A stretch of DNA of 63,936 bases, the filler included, from Reticulomyxa filosa (taxonomy: Eukaryota; Protista; Foraminifera), in assembly GCA_000512085.1 (NCBI GenBank). It is 17 parts of 17 records of this genome, joined end to end, with 100 filler letters (N's around TTAATTAATTAA, not from the genome) between each part and the next. Parts side by side here need not be neighbours in the genome. Positions count along the whole stretch, not along the records: positions 34,825 to 46,716 come from ASPP01010848.1; positions 46,817 to 48,007 come from ASPP01044238.1; positions 48,108 to 49,453 come from ASPP01029684.1; positions 49,554 to 50,584 come from ASPP01032829.1; positions 50,685 to 54,897 come from ASPP01003020.1; 12 more parts are not named here. One strand, given 5' to 3'. How positions within the stretch are numbered: the first letter of the stretch is position 1; each line of letters begins with the position of its first letter. Both the position numbers and the translations under genes were made by a program. A model generated the notes under the pieces. That model saw only the letters and a list, made by a program, of their open reading frames with translations. It had not been told where the DNA came from and did not search any database. This document shows positions 38,621-50,751 of this stretch, in pieces.

Positions 38621-41600
38621 CAATTGCACAATCGCATGGTAATAGCAATGAAGAAACTGATGACTCAACCGAGCCAGGCAAGGATCATTCGAGTCGTAAT
38701 GGCAATGTAAATAATAACTACTTGCAGCCAACAAGAGTGAGTGATCCACCACCATCATCATCATCACTTATTCCAGGAGAAAGTGAACATTCCAAATCCA
38801 ATGATAACAATGACAATGACAATGACAATCACACCATTGATCGGAAAAATAGTCACACAAACACAACCAAACGTGGACACTCGGCGGGAGATGTATTAAA
38901 CCCCGCAAATGCGCACATGGCGATCGCTCTGCACTCCGACGACGGTCCTCACGACAAAGACAAGGCGAAACAAAACGATTTACGATCGAGACGCGCACGC
39001 ACGTTGGATGAGGCTCTGGTCAATATCCTTGCCAAAGACCCGAATAATAAGACGCTGTCGGTGAAGCAGGCCAAGCTGCAAATCCAAAACTGGAAGAAAG
39101 AGGAGCAGCGCAAGCAGATGCAATCGGGCATTAAGCGACAACTGATGCGATCGATATTCAATCGCGAGTCGTCGCAGTGGCAAACGACATGGGGATTGAT
39201 GGCATCACGCGCCCAAATCATTTTATGTACTTTGGTGTTCATTTTCATTGGCCTAAGTTACTTTGGCTGTCGTTCGTTGGCAAAGCAGGCGATCAATGAA
39301 ATGAAGCAAAACTACATGTCCATATCTGCGCGAATTGGCGAGCTCGGGATGGAGTTTGAGTATTTTAAAGGAAGATTGATGTTGCAAAACTTTAAGCGTA
39401 CATTGAGTGCGACATATTACACCACAGACGCGAGAGGATTGATAGTGTACGACTTTTGGAAAGACTATGACGTGTTGGGAGTGGTGACAGTGGAGAGTGC
39501 ATCGCAAAACGATTCGACGAGATTGACAACGGGATACGCATTAGTGGACTCGACCACAGTAGTGACATTGGACTTGAACACGTCATGGAAGCAGTGCTTG
39601 TATTGGACAGGAATGAACGGGCTATAACGTGCAAGATTGCAACACTTGGACGGCGAGTCAAGAGTTGGTGGACAATTTGCGTGATGATGGGAGCATCGTG
39701 GCCTGGTCCGAGCCGTATGCGTGCTTTGAAGGCGTTACAGTGTGTTATTTGGGTCTGTATGAGACCATTCGATCCAATACGTCCGTGGTATACATTGGAG
39801 TGCTTCTGTCATTCCAAGACGTAGCTTACATTGGCGAGACGCACATTTGGAAGTCGAGTGGCTTCTCCACACTGCTCGGTAACTATGCGACATTGACCAT
39901 GTCCGATCTCAACTTCTCCATGTTCGCAATGACCAATGCACGTCATAACACAAGATACTTGTTCAATGCCACCGACTACTCGCAATGGTATTTGATCGAA
40001 TCCACGTCCAAAGACTTGGTGTCATTCACACAAACTCAATACGACACCACACTACCTTATGTCACTCACGCCGATTCATCCGAAGACGCCACCGTGTCCA
40101 CCGTCACACAATATCTCATTCAACCGTCACCCAATCAAATTCCAAACTCGAATCAACTATCACTGCTCAAACAGATCTTTGCCTATCCCACCATCGTGGT
40201 CTACGTATACAAAGACTCGCTATTTATCACCGGCGACGACAATTGGACTAAACTCGATTGGATCTTTGTACTCAGCGTCTCCGAGCAAGTGTTTAGTGGT
40301 GACTTTGATCAATACGCCGCGCTTGGCGTCATCTGCGTCGGAGGGGCCCTCATCATCCTCGCGTACATCTACAGCGTGGGACGACGCAATTTCGACTTTG
40401 TCATCACGCAGTGGGAAGACGAGTACTTGGGGTCGTTGGCGAATCATTATGGCTGGAGCGAGTTTGCGCAGTATTCCACCAAGCATTTTGGATTGGATGA
40501 CGCGCAGCTGTTTGCACAAGAGGAGCGTCAGCTCCTGCGAGTGTTGTCTGACGACAAAGAGCAGCGCAAAGAGGAAGAGGAAGAGGAAGAGGAAGACGAA
40601 GTGATGGGTATTGAGCAGGAGTTGGAGAAAAAGCGAAACGAAGAAGAACAAGAAAGAGAAAGAGAAAAAGATAAAGATATAAATCTTGAAGATGATGATG
40701 ATGATGATGATATAGAAGAACAAAATAAAAAAGAGGGGGAAAAAAAAAAAAAACAAAAAAAAAGTTACAAAAAAACTTTACCTTTGGTCATAATAATCAT
40801 CAGAGATTGATCTCCAACAACAACAACAACAATAACAATAACAATGATGATGATGAAAATAATATGATTGAACAAAAGAACAGCTTGCTCGACGATAATG
40901 CAAAAGGTGGACAAGGGGACGGATGGGCGATCAACTCCGATATCAATGTGCTCGAATTTATATCGGAAAACATTCGACAATCTGTTCGTGACGCTTGCTT
41001 GCAGAGTTGGATGAGAGAAAATGACACCACCAGTAACAATCCGACGTCGAGACAAGAGATGCTAGACCACTATCACAGACGCGCATTAAACCATATCAAG
41101 CAGGCAATTCAGGGACTAAACATAATCACAGTCGTGCAGATCGAACAGACCGATAAACACCTTTGGCATCGATTGGGGTTGTATACGTTCCACACCAGTA
41201 CTTTTTGGGTCACTTTTTTGCATTGTGTCATGGCCGCACATTTGCTGCTGGCCTTTTGGAAACCGTACAGCTCCGACATTTTGCGTCGACAACATGGATA
41301 TAGCAAAGGCGTCGTTGTCACCGAGTGTCTATGTTTGGTGGTGGAAATCATGGACATTTGGATGACCGGTCTCATTCAATTCCGATGGCAGGACAGCGAG
41401 GCCAATCCATTAGTATCTCCTGTGCAACAAACGCGCATCTTTGTCACTCGTATCATTGTCACTCTTTTGGTCATCATCGATCTTTGCATTGCCCAAACTT
41501 GGTATTTCGTCTTGTCCGGATACTTGGATGTTCGACCCTTAATACTGATCTTGGCCAATGACAATCTCTTGGGATCTTTGTATGCCTTCCTCATGACCAT

Positions 41601-43700
41601 GTACGAGGCCAGAGACGGCATGTTGTTGTATCTGGTGGTGTGGACCATCGCTGCCGTGGCCGGCACACTCACGTTCCGATTTGACGTGTTTCTCGAGTAT
41701 TCCAATATCCAGTCCTTTTACAACTTCATTCGGTCCATGATGCAAAGCTTTGTCTTTATGGTCTCTGGTGAAAACTACGAAAACATTGTGTATGCCGCCG
41801 TGGCCAAGTCGCAAGGGCTTATCTTTTATTTCATCCTGCTCACCATTTCCGGTACCTTTCTCGTCATTCCATTGGTCGTGTCTAAATTTCAAGAAGGTGT
41901 TATATGTGTTATGTGTATATACATATATGTACATATATATGTATATATGTACATAACATATATGCGTCACATGACCTCAAAAAAATATATTATAAATTAT
42001 ACGTATATGTATATGTATATGTACATGTATTTTTATTTTTTTTTTGTTCATGTGAAGCGTTTAGTGCCATTTATAGCGATGAAAGAGAAAGACGCAAATT
42101 CTTTAAACGCACTGGGTTTATTGCAGCCTTTTGCTTGGTGAACTTGGACAATGACAATGTTGTGTCGCCCACCGAGTTTGAATCGTTTATTAGCTATTTG
42201 AAACGAATCCCTGGAAAGGAGGCCAAAGAACTGGTTCGCGGCTTGCAAGGATTCGATAACTTGGACGACGATGGCAACGACCAAATAGAAATCAACGAGT
42301 TTGTGGTTCATTTGGAAAACATTTACAACAGACCGACAATCACTGATATTATTGAGGACGACTCACTTCGCACGTGGCTCCGAACTTCGGTGATTGAAAA
42401 AGAGTCATTCAATCAAGCCGTGCTGGTGATCATTTTCACAGAGGTGATGTTATTGATGATGTACGGTACATATCCTGGCAAGTTGTCTTTGCGAATGTTG
42501 GACATTATGTTGGGCATTTGTGTGCTGTTGAATGGGTTTGATGTGTTCATCAAATTGGTCGTGTATGGTTGGGATTACTATTGGAATACTAGCGAATGTC
42601 GTGTCATTCCATTGATTCCAATTGTCAACTCGATGCATACTTCCGACGAATCCAATCATAGCATTCGTCGACCATTGCCTGCTACCGAAGGACTGGTCCA
42701 GTCCATGAGCTCCTCGATTCGATCCAGAGACGTAACAAATCATGGGATGATGTATGGACCTCCACGTCAAGATGACCCATTGGAATTGCTGCATCGACAA
42801 TTTGCACATCGTTTGGACTTGGTCATTGTGTGCGTATCCGTCACATTGTTTATCGTAAGTAGGACGGCCTTTGGCTCCAATTTTTCTTTGGACAGTCAAG
42901 AAAACTACTTTTGGGTTCGCTTGGTCATGATCTTCCCATTATTTCGTATGTTGACGCTCATTCGAACTACTCGCGCGGCCGTGTATACTGTGTTCAAAGT
43001 CATCCCCAGATTCTCCAGTTTGTTGGTACTCATGTTGTTGGTGTTCTATGTGTATGCCATCTTTGGAACTGCCTTGGTCGGAAATCAAATCGAATATCTG
43101 ACTTTGGGTCCCTCGTCATTTGTCTACTTTGGCTTTGGCACTGTCGCACAAACGTGGCTATCCTTGTTCCAAATGCTTGTCAGCGAAGGCTGGAATAACA
43201 TCATGGACGAAACCATCATTGCTACCAACAACTTTGCTTGGGCTTTTTATTTCATGACCTTCATGTTCATTGTCACTCTGATTTTCACCAATTTGTTCTT
43301 TGGTATGGTGCTCGCCGTCGTCGACGAAATCGAAAAAGAAAGAAAGACCATGGACGATGAAAACAGAGGTGGACACACTGGCACTACGTTCAACAGTCCC
43401 CACGATCCTAATCACAATGTCGATCCCAGTCGTGCCTTGCAAGTACTTCAAAGCAATCCCAGCATTGTTCGCATGAATATTTCCATTGATCCGAGTGAAA
43501 ATGCCGACTCCTCCTTTGCTCCACCCGCCAATGGATCATCCAGGATGCTGCTCAATCGAAGTGGGGGTCACACTTCTTCACTTCATCCCAACTCAGCTGG
43601 AGGTCGGCTTGCTGGAAAGAGATCTGGCTCGACTGCCTTGACCATCAAGAAATTTCAAAAGAAAGAAAAATCTTTGCAATACATACCGCAAAGAGGATAA
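35515..43700 (+). CDS. Giant membrane protein: two TM-Cache-like-TM sensor modules followed by an EF-hand two-pore (2x6TM) cation channel
   Basis: Exons ~35515-35943, ~36085-36660, ~36843-37186, 37311-41896 (homopolymer shifts at ~39620 and ~40729-40775) and 42058-43700; probably more exons 5' to the contig edge. Channel repeat I ~41150-41890 (VRPLILIL; FVFMVSGENY), EF-hands 42140-42300, repeat II ~42410-43330 (FRMLTLIRTTR; LFQMLVSEGWNNIM; FTNLFFGMVL). Confidence 0.8.
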
Positions 43701-44059
43701 ACCGAGTTGCTCCAAATCATTTTGCATAAATTCATAACAAATCATTGCAACACCTTTTTTTCAGATTTGACATAAATGAAGGCTTATTTCCCATTGCTTT
43801 TTTTTTTTTTTTTTTTTTTTTGTGAGGTTGTTTTAGTTAGTTTCATTCATGCAAGCGATTATTTTGTGTAATAAAACCAAATTGTTAATGATGTCTTGCC
43901 ATGCTTTTTTGATCTCGTTTTCGTTAACAACTCCCAAAACACGGATTTTCTTCACGCAATCTTGCAACAAGTATTTATGTTTTTGTCGTCTGTAAGATAA
44001 ATTGAATATCTATTAATGTCTGCAAGTGGACAAAGAGCAGCATAAATCTCACAGTTGAA

Positions 44060-44965
44060 GAAATAACAAACATTTGCGAGAACTTTAACAAATGGCAAGA
44101 CTTTGACTGACATATTATTTTATGCCATTTCGTTTAATCAATAATTTATACAAATATTGGATAGGTTGTAAGAGACGAAAAAAACAAGGCATGAACATAG
44201 AGAGGCCCTGCAAGCGCCAAGACCGAAAACTACGACTCGACAGTGGCAACCGCGAATTCGCAAAAAAAAAAAAAAGGGTCGATGGCGGCGATAAGACAAT
44301 GGATGATGAAGACGGGCCCAATGCCAATGACATGTTCAGGTATTTTCAACGATGTCTGGATGAGTTGTATCAAGGCGTATGGCAAATTGTGCAATTGTGC
44401 AAGTTATCGAACTGTCCTCGAGCGATTTTGCGCTGTGTGCATTTGCTGCTGGACAATTATGACAAATACAGTTGCATATTAAGAGAAACTTTTCCATCAA
44501 TTTTATTTGGAGAAAAGAATTCCCGATCTACGACTATTTGAGTGATGACCACTGAGGGCTACAAAGTATTGCGTGTTCCGAAAAGTGAGTATACTATATC
44601 AAATGTATTACCATATTCCAATTGGAAACATCACCTCAGACATGCGGATATCAATCACGAACTTGTTCTTTTTCAAATATTTGACTGATTACAAGTTTGT
44701 ATGGTGGATCGGCGAGAGCAATCGTCCGGACTTGGTAGGCTTAGATGAAGACAACAATTTGTATGAAAACGAACAATCGAATACAGTCATTAATGCTAAG
44801 TGCGCTTATTGGAGCATTTGTGTGAAACTCCATATATGCTATCTAATTATCACCACAGTTGTCCAATCAGAGCATATTCAATCTATTCAGTTGGACGCAC
44901 ATGACTTTATGCAATATTGGCTCAACAACACTGATGACAATGCTGCTGCGGAAAATATCATTTAA
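44060..44965 (+). pseudogene. Disrupted coding-like segment, product unknown
   Basis: Coding-like composition split into ORFs 44122-44541 and 44573-44965, with stops that introns do not obviously explain. Confidence 0.35.
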
Positions 44966-46889
44966 TTCATTGATATGGAGCGACTATTGAAAATATTTAT
45001 CATATAAACAAGTGAATCTCTCCAAATAGAACATTCAAAAGCAAATAATCCAATACATTTCTTTCTTTTTATGTTGTTTTCAACAAAATTGCACTGAGAA
45101 TCTCTAATTTCTCTTTGCAAATGCAAACAGGTTGAAAAAAGGACAAACAATAATAATGATTGATTTTTGCAAGTTTGGATTTATTTTTGAACAGGAAAAT
45201 CTTCAAATAGGAAGTTCTTCTGCTTTGCATTAAAAAAGGGAATTACATTCTTCATTTAATTATCCATTTATCAAAAAACATAGATTTTTCCAAAAATAAT
45301 AATTTTATTTCATATTAAGTATTTGTGTACTTTTTTTTGAAAACCACAAATAACTCTTGTCCAATTCAATCACATGCAATTGTCAATATTCGAGAGTAAT
45401 GTGTAACTTAACAGTGATGCGCATAAGGTAATTTGAACAAGAATCGAAGACATAAAATGAAATTGATGAAAAACACATTAATTGCATTTAAATCTTTTAA
45501 TTTCTCTTTGAAATCACATTTAATCACTTTATGAGTATTTTTTGAATTCAATTCATTGTTATTCACAGAAAAAGTCTTGATTGTGTATCTCTTTCTTTAG
45601 ATATAAATAAAATCAATTGGTTGCACTTCGGTGAAGCTATCACAAAAAAGTATTAAACTGATCATGATTATCATTCACAAATACAGTGGATTGAATATTT
45701 CATTTCATAAAGATTATTAATTTGATTTTTAAAATATTATCACAGCTTTTTTTTCAGTAAAATTTGTTTATTTGGAACTTTATTTTCCATTTCTTTGCGT
45801 TCTTTTGTTTCAATGATTTTTTGTTATTGTCAAAGTCTTTTAAATATCACTTGTACTATGAGTACTATAATTGTTGTTTGTGTTTAATAAACAAAGCTTA
45901 TATTTTTGTCTTTTGAATACGTTACATTACTTGTGATTTGCTTTATCATTTAAGCTAACTTGGCATGTTGATTATATATTTTTATAATCAAAAGATTAAA
46001 ATGCATTTAAATCTAGTTTATTAATTTAATAGTATTTACTAACTGAATAAAAAACAATTGCAACAATGGAGAGAAAAAGAATACTGGAAAAGAATAAATA
46101 TTGAATGGAATATATGTTATAACAAGGAGTACCAAACATACTATTGATAAAGAAAAAGATAAAAATAATGTTATCATTTGCACATGAGATAGTCCTAGGT
46201 ACGCGTTCTAAAAAAACTACTCAGTTCTCCTTTTTCCTTTTTCATAGTCCTTAAATGATGAAGCAATTTCGTTTCGTTCTTAAGAAGAGAAAATTACAAG
46301 ATTGTACTGCAGCAAGTTTTTTTACTTTTATCTTTTTGCAATTGAACTTTTAAATTGTTTGAGTTGAAAAGTCCTAAAATTTTCCCCTTTTATGGACAAT
46401 AACCAAGCAACAAAGCAAAACTATTTAAATAAGAATAAATATACTGTATTCATTTTTTGCGTGAAATTTACAAATAAAATTTCATAAATGTTTTACCTAC
46501 TTCTCATATGATTTCAGCATTTAGAACAAATTTTTAAAAATTTTTAAAATGAAAACAACTCGTGGCACAAATTTATTTTCAAATGGTGTGATTTTTATTC
46601 AAAAAGAATTAGAGTTGGCACAAAACTCCCCCAGTTCAACAAAACTTCAAAAAAAAATTCCATAATAAATTCATCTATCATCCAACTAAAAAACCAAGAA
46701 CCAAAAGGAAGAAGCTNNNNNNNNNNNNNNNNNNNNNNNNNNNNNNNNNNNNNNNNNNNNTTAATTAATTAANNNNNNNNNNNNNNNNNNNNNNNNNNNN
46801 NNNNNNNNNNNNNNNNTGCATATATATATATATATGCATATATATATATATATATATATGGATGTATATGATATGCACGTTTATATACT

Positions 46890-48007
46890 TTGTAACATAA
46901 CAAAGCCAAATGAAGCAACTACAAACACATGGGAATCGGATTCGGAATTGTCTGATTTGCCTACGAACACGAAAGCAAAAGCAAAGGCCAAAGGGAAAGC
47001 GCAAGCAAAGACAACCTCAATCCAAAATGCTATGCAACAAATAGTGACCTTATCGACGCTAAAGAGCGAGGCAAAAGGCGATGAAGAAGATGAGGATGAA
47101 GATGAAGATGAAGATGAGGATGAGGATGAAGATGAAGATGAAGATGAAGACGAGTATGAATACGACGACGAAGACGAGGATGAAAAGGACAAAAATGGAA
47201 ATGGAGATAAGGAAGACTCGGAATTGTCGAGCGACGAAGTGGTGAATTATTTAAACTCGCCAACGTCTATCCACGTCAAACAAAGACCACGTGAGAAAAC
47301 GCGAGTTGAAATGGCGACTCCACAGCTGCAGCAAAGGCCAACCAACACCCGTAATGCAACGGAAGAAGAGAAGAAGGAATGGAATAAAAAGAGACAGCAC
47401 AATGACAACACGAACAATAATAATAATAATAATAATAATCCTGAAGGTATGATAATAAAAAAAAAACACTCTTCATATATCGAAATCGATGATATGTCGG
47501 CATCTCATACGTCTCAAAGATCGACCCAAGTGCAAACGCAACACACTCGCAATAACAGCAACAGCGTGCTTAGCACGAGCACGCATCACACTCAGAATCA
47601 CGAGCATTACAATGATAACGATAGCGACAATGACAAGATTCAAGATACGTATTGGAATGACAACACAGAGGACGAGAAGATCAAAGCCAATATGGCCAAC
47701 ACAACGCACGGCGGAGGTGGTGGTGGTGGTGGTGGTGGAGGTGGCGGCGGAGATTCGCATCGAACCGTAGTAGTGGACCACAGTGCAATGAGTTCGCCAC
47801 GACAGAGCCCATCCCTATCCTCGGCGTCTTCAAAGCACGTCATCCCTCGCCATCCGAGTGAAAAGTCTGTCGACCACAGTGGTAATAAAACGCCGCGTGC
47901 CTTCAGTTCCGCCAACCCTCCCAACGCCATTGCCAATCACATTAGTAATACGAGCAGCAGCAGTAGCAGTAACACTAGCAGTAACACTAGCAGTAGTAGC
48001 AGTGGTA
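46890..48007 (+). CDS. Internal fragment of a low-complexity (D/E-, N-, G-, S-rich) disordered protein
   Basis: Open frame through to the contig end with (ED)n, poly-N, poly-G and poly-S tracts. Confidence 0.6.
47082..47182 (+). repeat. (GATGAR)n coding minisatellite; one of many simple repeats, e.g. (TTA)n at ~205-245, 8221-8262 and ~27987-28045, (CT)n at ~35390-35416, (TA)n/(TATG)n in introns
   Basis: Directly visible tandem repeats; many contigs end in such tracts. Confidence 0.9.
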
Positions 48008-48892
48008 NNNNNNNNNNNNNNNNNNNNNNNNNNNNNNNNNNNNNNNNNNNNTTAATTAATTAANNNNNNNNNNNNNNNNNNNNNNNNNNNNNNNNNNNNN
48101 NNNNNNNATTTCCAAGATTAGTCAGCTATCGATCTTGTTTTTTGCATTACATACAGTCTTTCTTTGCACTATTTTTTTTAAATACATGACAATAAAAAAC
48201 TTGACACATTTATAGACAACCTTTCAAAAAAAAAATCTCAACTGACCAATCAGTCCTGCCAACTTATTGCTGTCACTAAATTTATATGTGTCATCGCATC
48301 CCCCCAATGGAAGACTTGTCAATGAACAGTTCCTTGACCTGTCAAATAGTCCTACACTTCGAATACCTCGGATGAGAACAAGTCCTTGTTCAATTCAAAA
48401 TTCGAATGTGTATCTTTTCTGTTTTCATTTGTAAAATTTTTTACACGAACGCAGTATGGACGATGCACTTTTGTAAACACTACAACGGGTGCTGCTGCAA
48501 CGACTTCGTCAATCAATTTTTTTGCGTTGGATTCGCTCTTTGCCTACACGAACAGAAACAAAGGTCACAGCTAGTTCCAAATTTAATGGCGTTGTGCTTT
48601 TTATGTGGATAAAGGAACATGATCAGCTACTGACCATCTCTTTTCTTCAGCAAGCTAAGAAATTTCAAATGGAGTTTTTAAACCAAGTGATCATTTTTTT
48701 TTCAAATCTAGAGGTTTTTTTTATAAAAATTACGTGTTTATTAATATTTTATTAAAAAGTGCAAATTTTTATAATTAAAAAAATAATTCAACTTTTTTTA
48801 CATTTTTGCACGATAAATCGTATTCTTGTCCTTTTTGTGATCATAAAGAATTTTTTTTTCAGGGGGAACTAGGTTTTGAAAAAAGGGGAAGA

Positions 48893-49453
48893 ATGGCAAT
48901 AGCAAAACCATTGGCTCAGAATTTTTATGGCCCAAGATAAAAAGAACATCTTTGTGAAGATAGATTTAACAGCTGTGCTTAACAAAGACTTGAAAGTACA
49001 ACTAACGCGAGAAGGTCTAAGCTTCAGTGCCACTTCACGAGGCAAACAGTATGGATTCACTGGAAATTGGAATTTGATTTCTAATTCAAAGATAGCCCAG
49101 TATTCAATCAAAAGGGTTGTGTCTTTTTGAGCCAAAAGAAAAGCATCGAATGCATGGTGACCCCATTGATTGGCCAAAGAATCGTAAAGTTCTTTTTTTT
49201 TGTTGGTATCTACATATATACATTCACAATTCAATATTGCATCTTTCCGCTCAAAAAAAAAAAAAATAGGGACAAAAAAGAAAAAGACATCATACAAAAT
49301 TGGTTGGAAAAAGTTCATCGACGAATATGACAGCGACAAACAAAGAATTAGATATGACAACAACGATTGGAAAAAACACGAAACCAAGACCAACACCAAC
49401 AGCAAAAGAATGGGACGAGCTGAGCTAATATGGCAACATTTATGTGACGATGC
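48893..49453 (+). CDS. p23/CS-domain (HSP90 co-chaperone-like) protein, frame-disrupted
   Basis: AQDKKNIFVKIDL...DLKVQLTREGLSFSA...QYGF and KKKKTSYKIGWKKFIDEYD resemble p23 (WAQ...; K.DW.KW.DEDD). Breaks may be errors or pseudogenisation. Confidence 0.55.
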
Positions 49454-50710
49454 NNNNNNNNNNNNNNNNNNNNNNNNNNNNNNNNNNNNNNNNNNNNTTA
49501 ATTAATTAANNNNNNNNNNNNNNNNNNNNNNNNNNNNNNNNNNNNNNNNNNNNGAAACTGGTAATGACATCAATCCGTATCGTGATCGGGTCACATTTAA
49601 ATATAGAATCAAATTATATTTCAATTACAGTAGTTTGAAGAAAAATAGCACAATAGCAATAATTTTTTATTTTTTTAGATAAATATTTCGTAGTTGATGC
49701 TATCTAAAAAAAGATAACAACAATTGAAACCAGACACCATTTGAACTTAATCATAGTTTTGTTTGACCCAACTAATTGCAATTGTTGCAAAGAGAGAGTA
49801 AAACATTGAAGGCATTGAACAGTGAAAATTTATTTGCTTTTTGGTGGTTGGATGCGCAAATTCTAACAAATGAGGTGTTGTGCATGAAAATAATTTCTGT
49901 TCCAATTACATTCATATGAATGTTTGGGAACTTCTTTTCTGGCAATAAAATCCTAATTCCAAGTACTTGGATTGCAAGAGTATTTGTGTTATAATTAATC
50001 TAAGAGAGCACATCTTTTTTTCTCCATGTTGCGACAATTAATGGAGCAGCTCATCAAATTTTTTTTCATTTCAGATCACAATAGAAAAATGTATTTGTTT
50101 GGGCCGCGATGACAGCACCTTTTTTTCGTATGGTGTTATCATTTTGGATGTCTTGGATTCACACTGACTCTATTCTTTTTTGACAATTGTTACATTTTTG
50201 CAGAGGAATACATTGAAGGAACTCTCCATGTTGTATATGTTTGGCTTCTTAGATTGTTTGAAGAAAGAAGAGCAAAAACCACTTTCGTGATGTCTAAGAG
50301 AACTTTTTCTAAAAGGAAACTTTTTTTCTGGAAGAGAAAAGTCATTACTCAAGAAAAAGTAAGGATTCGTTCCAAAAAAGCAATTCCAATTTTCAATTAC
50401 CTGTTTTTGGAATAACAAAAAATGAAATAATATACAAAAATTTTAACAATTATTTTTTTCAAATTGTTTTGTCAAAAATGTCAAAATATTACAAAAAATT
50501 GCAAATTGGCCTCTTTTTTATAAATATTTATGAATTTTGCAGTTATGTCTTACTTAAGAAAAAAGGTCTTTTTTTTTTTTTTTTNNNNNNNNNNNNNNNN
50601 NNNNNNNNNNNNNNNNNNNNNNNNNNNNTTAATTAATTAANNNNNNNNNNNNNNNNNNNNNNNNNNNNNNNNNNNNNNNNNNNNTTTTTTTTTTTTTTTT
50701 TTTTTTGGGA

Positions 50711-50746
<36 letters not shown>

Positions 50747-50751
50747 GAATA

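Noticed and set aside
39620-39630. Stop-codon readthrough or alternative genetic code at TAA 39625-39627
   Set aside because: The downstream ORF is in a different frame, and TAA, TGA and TAG all end genes normally elsewhere in the window.
49554-50584. Whole short contig searched for genes or RNAs
   Set aside because: No supportable feature. No tRNA, rRNA or CRISPR array was recognised anywhere in the window.
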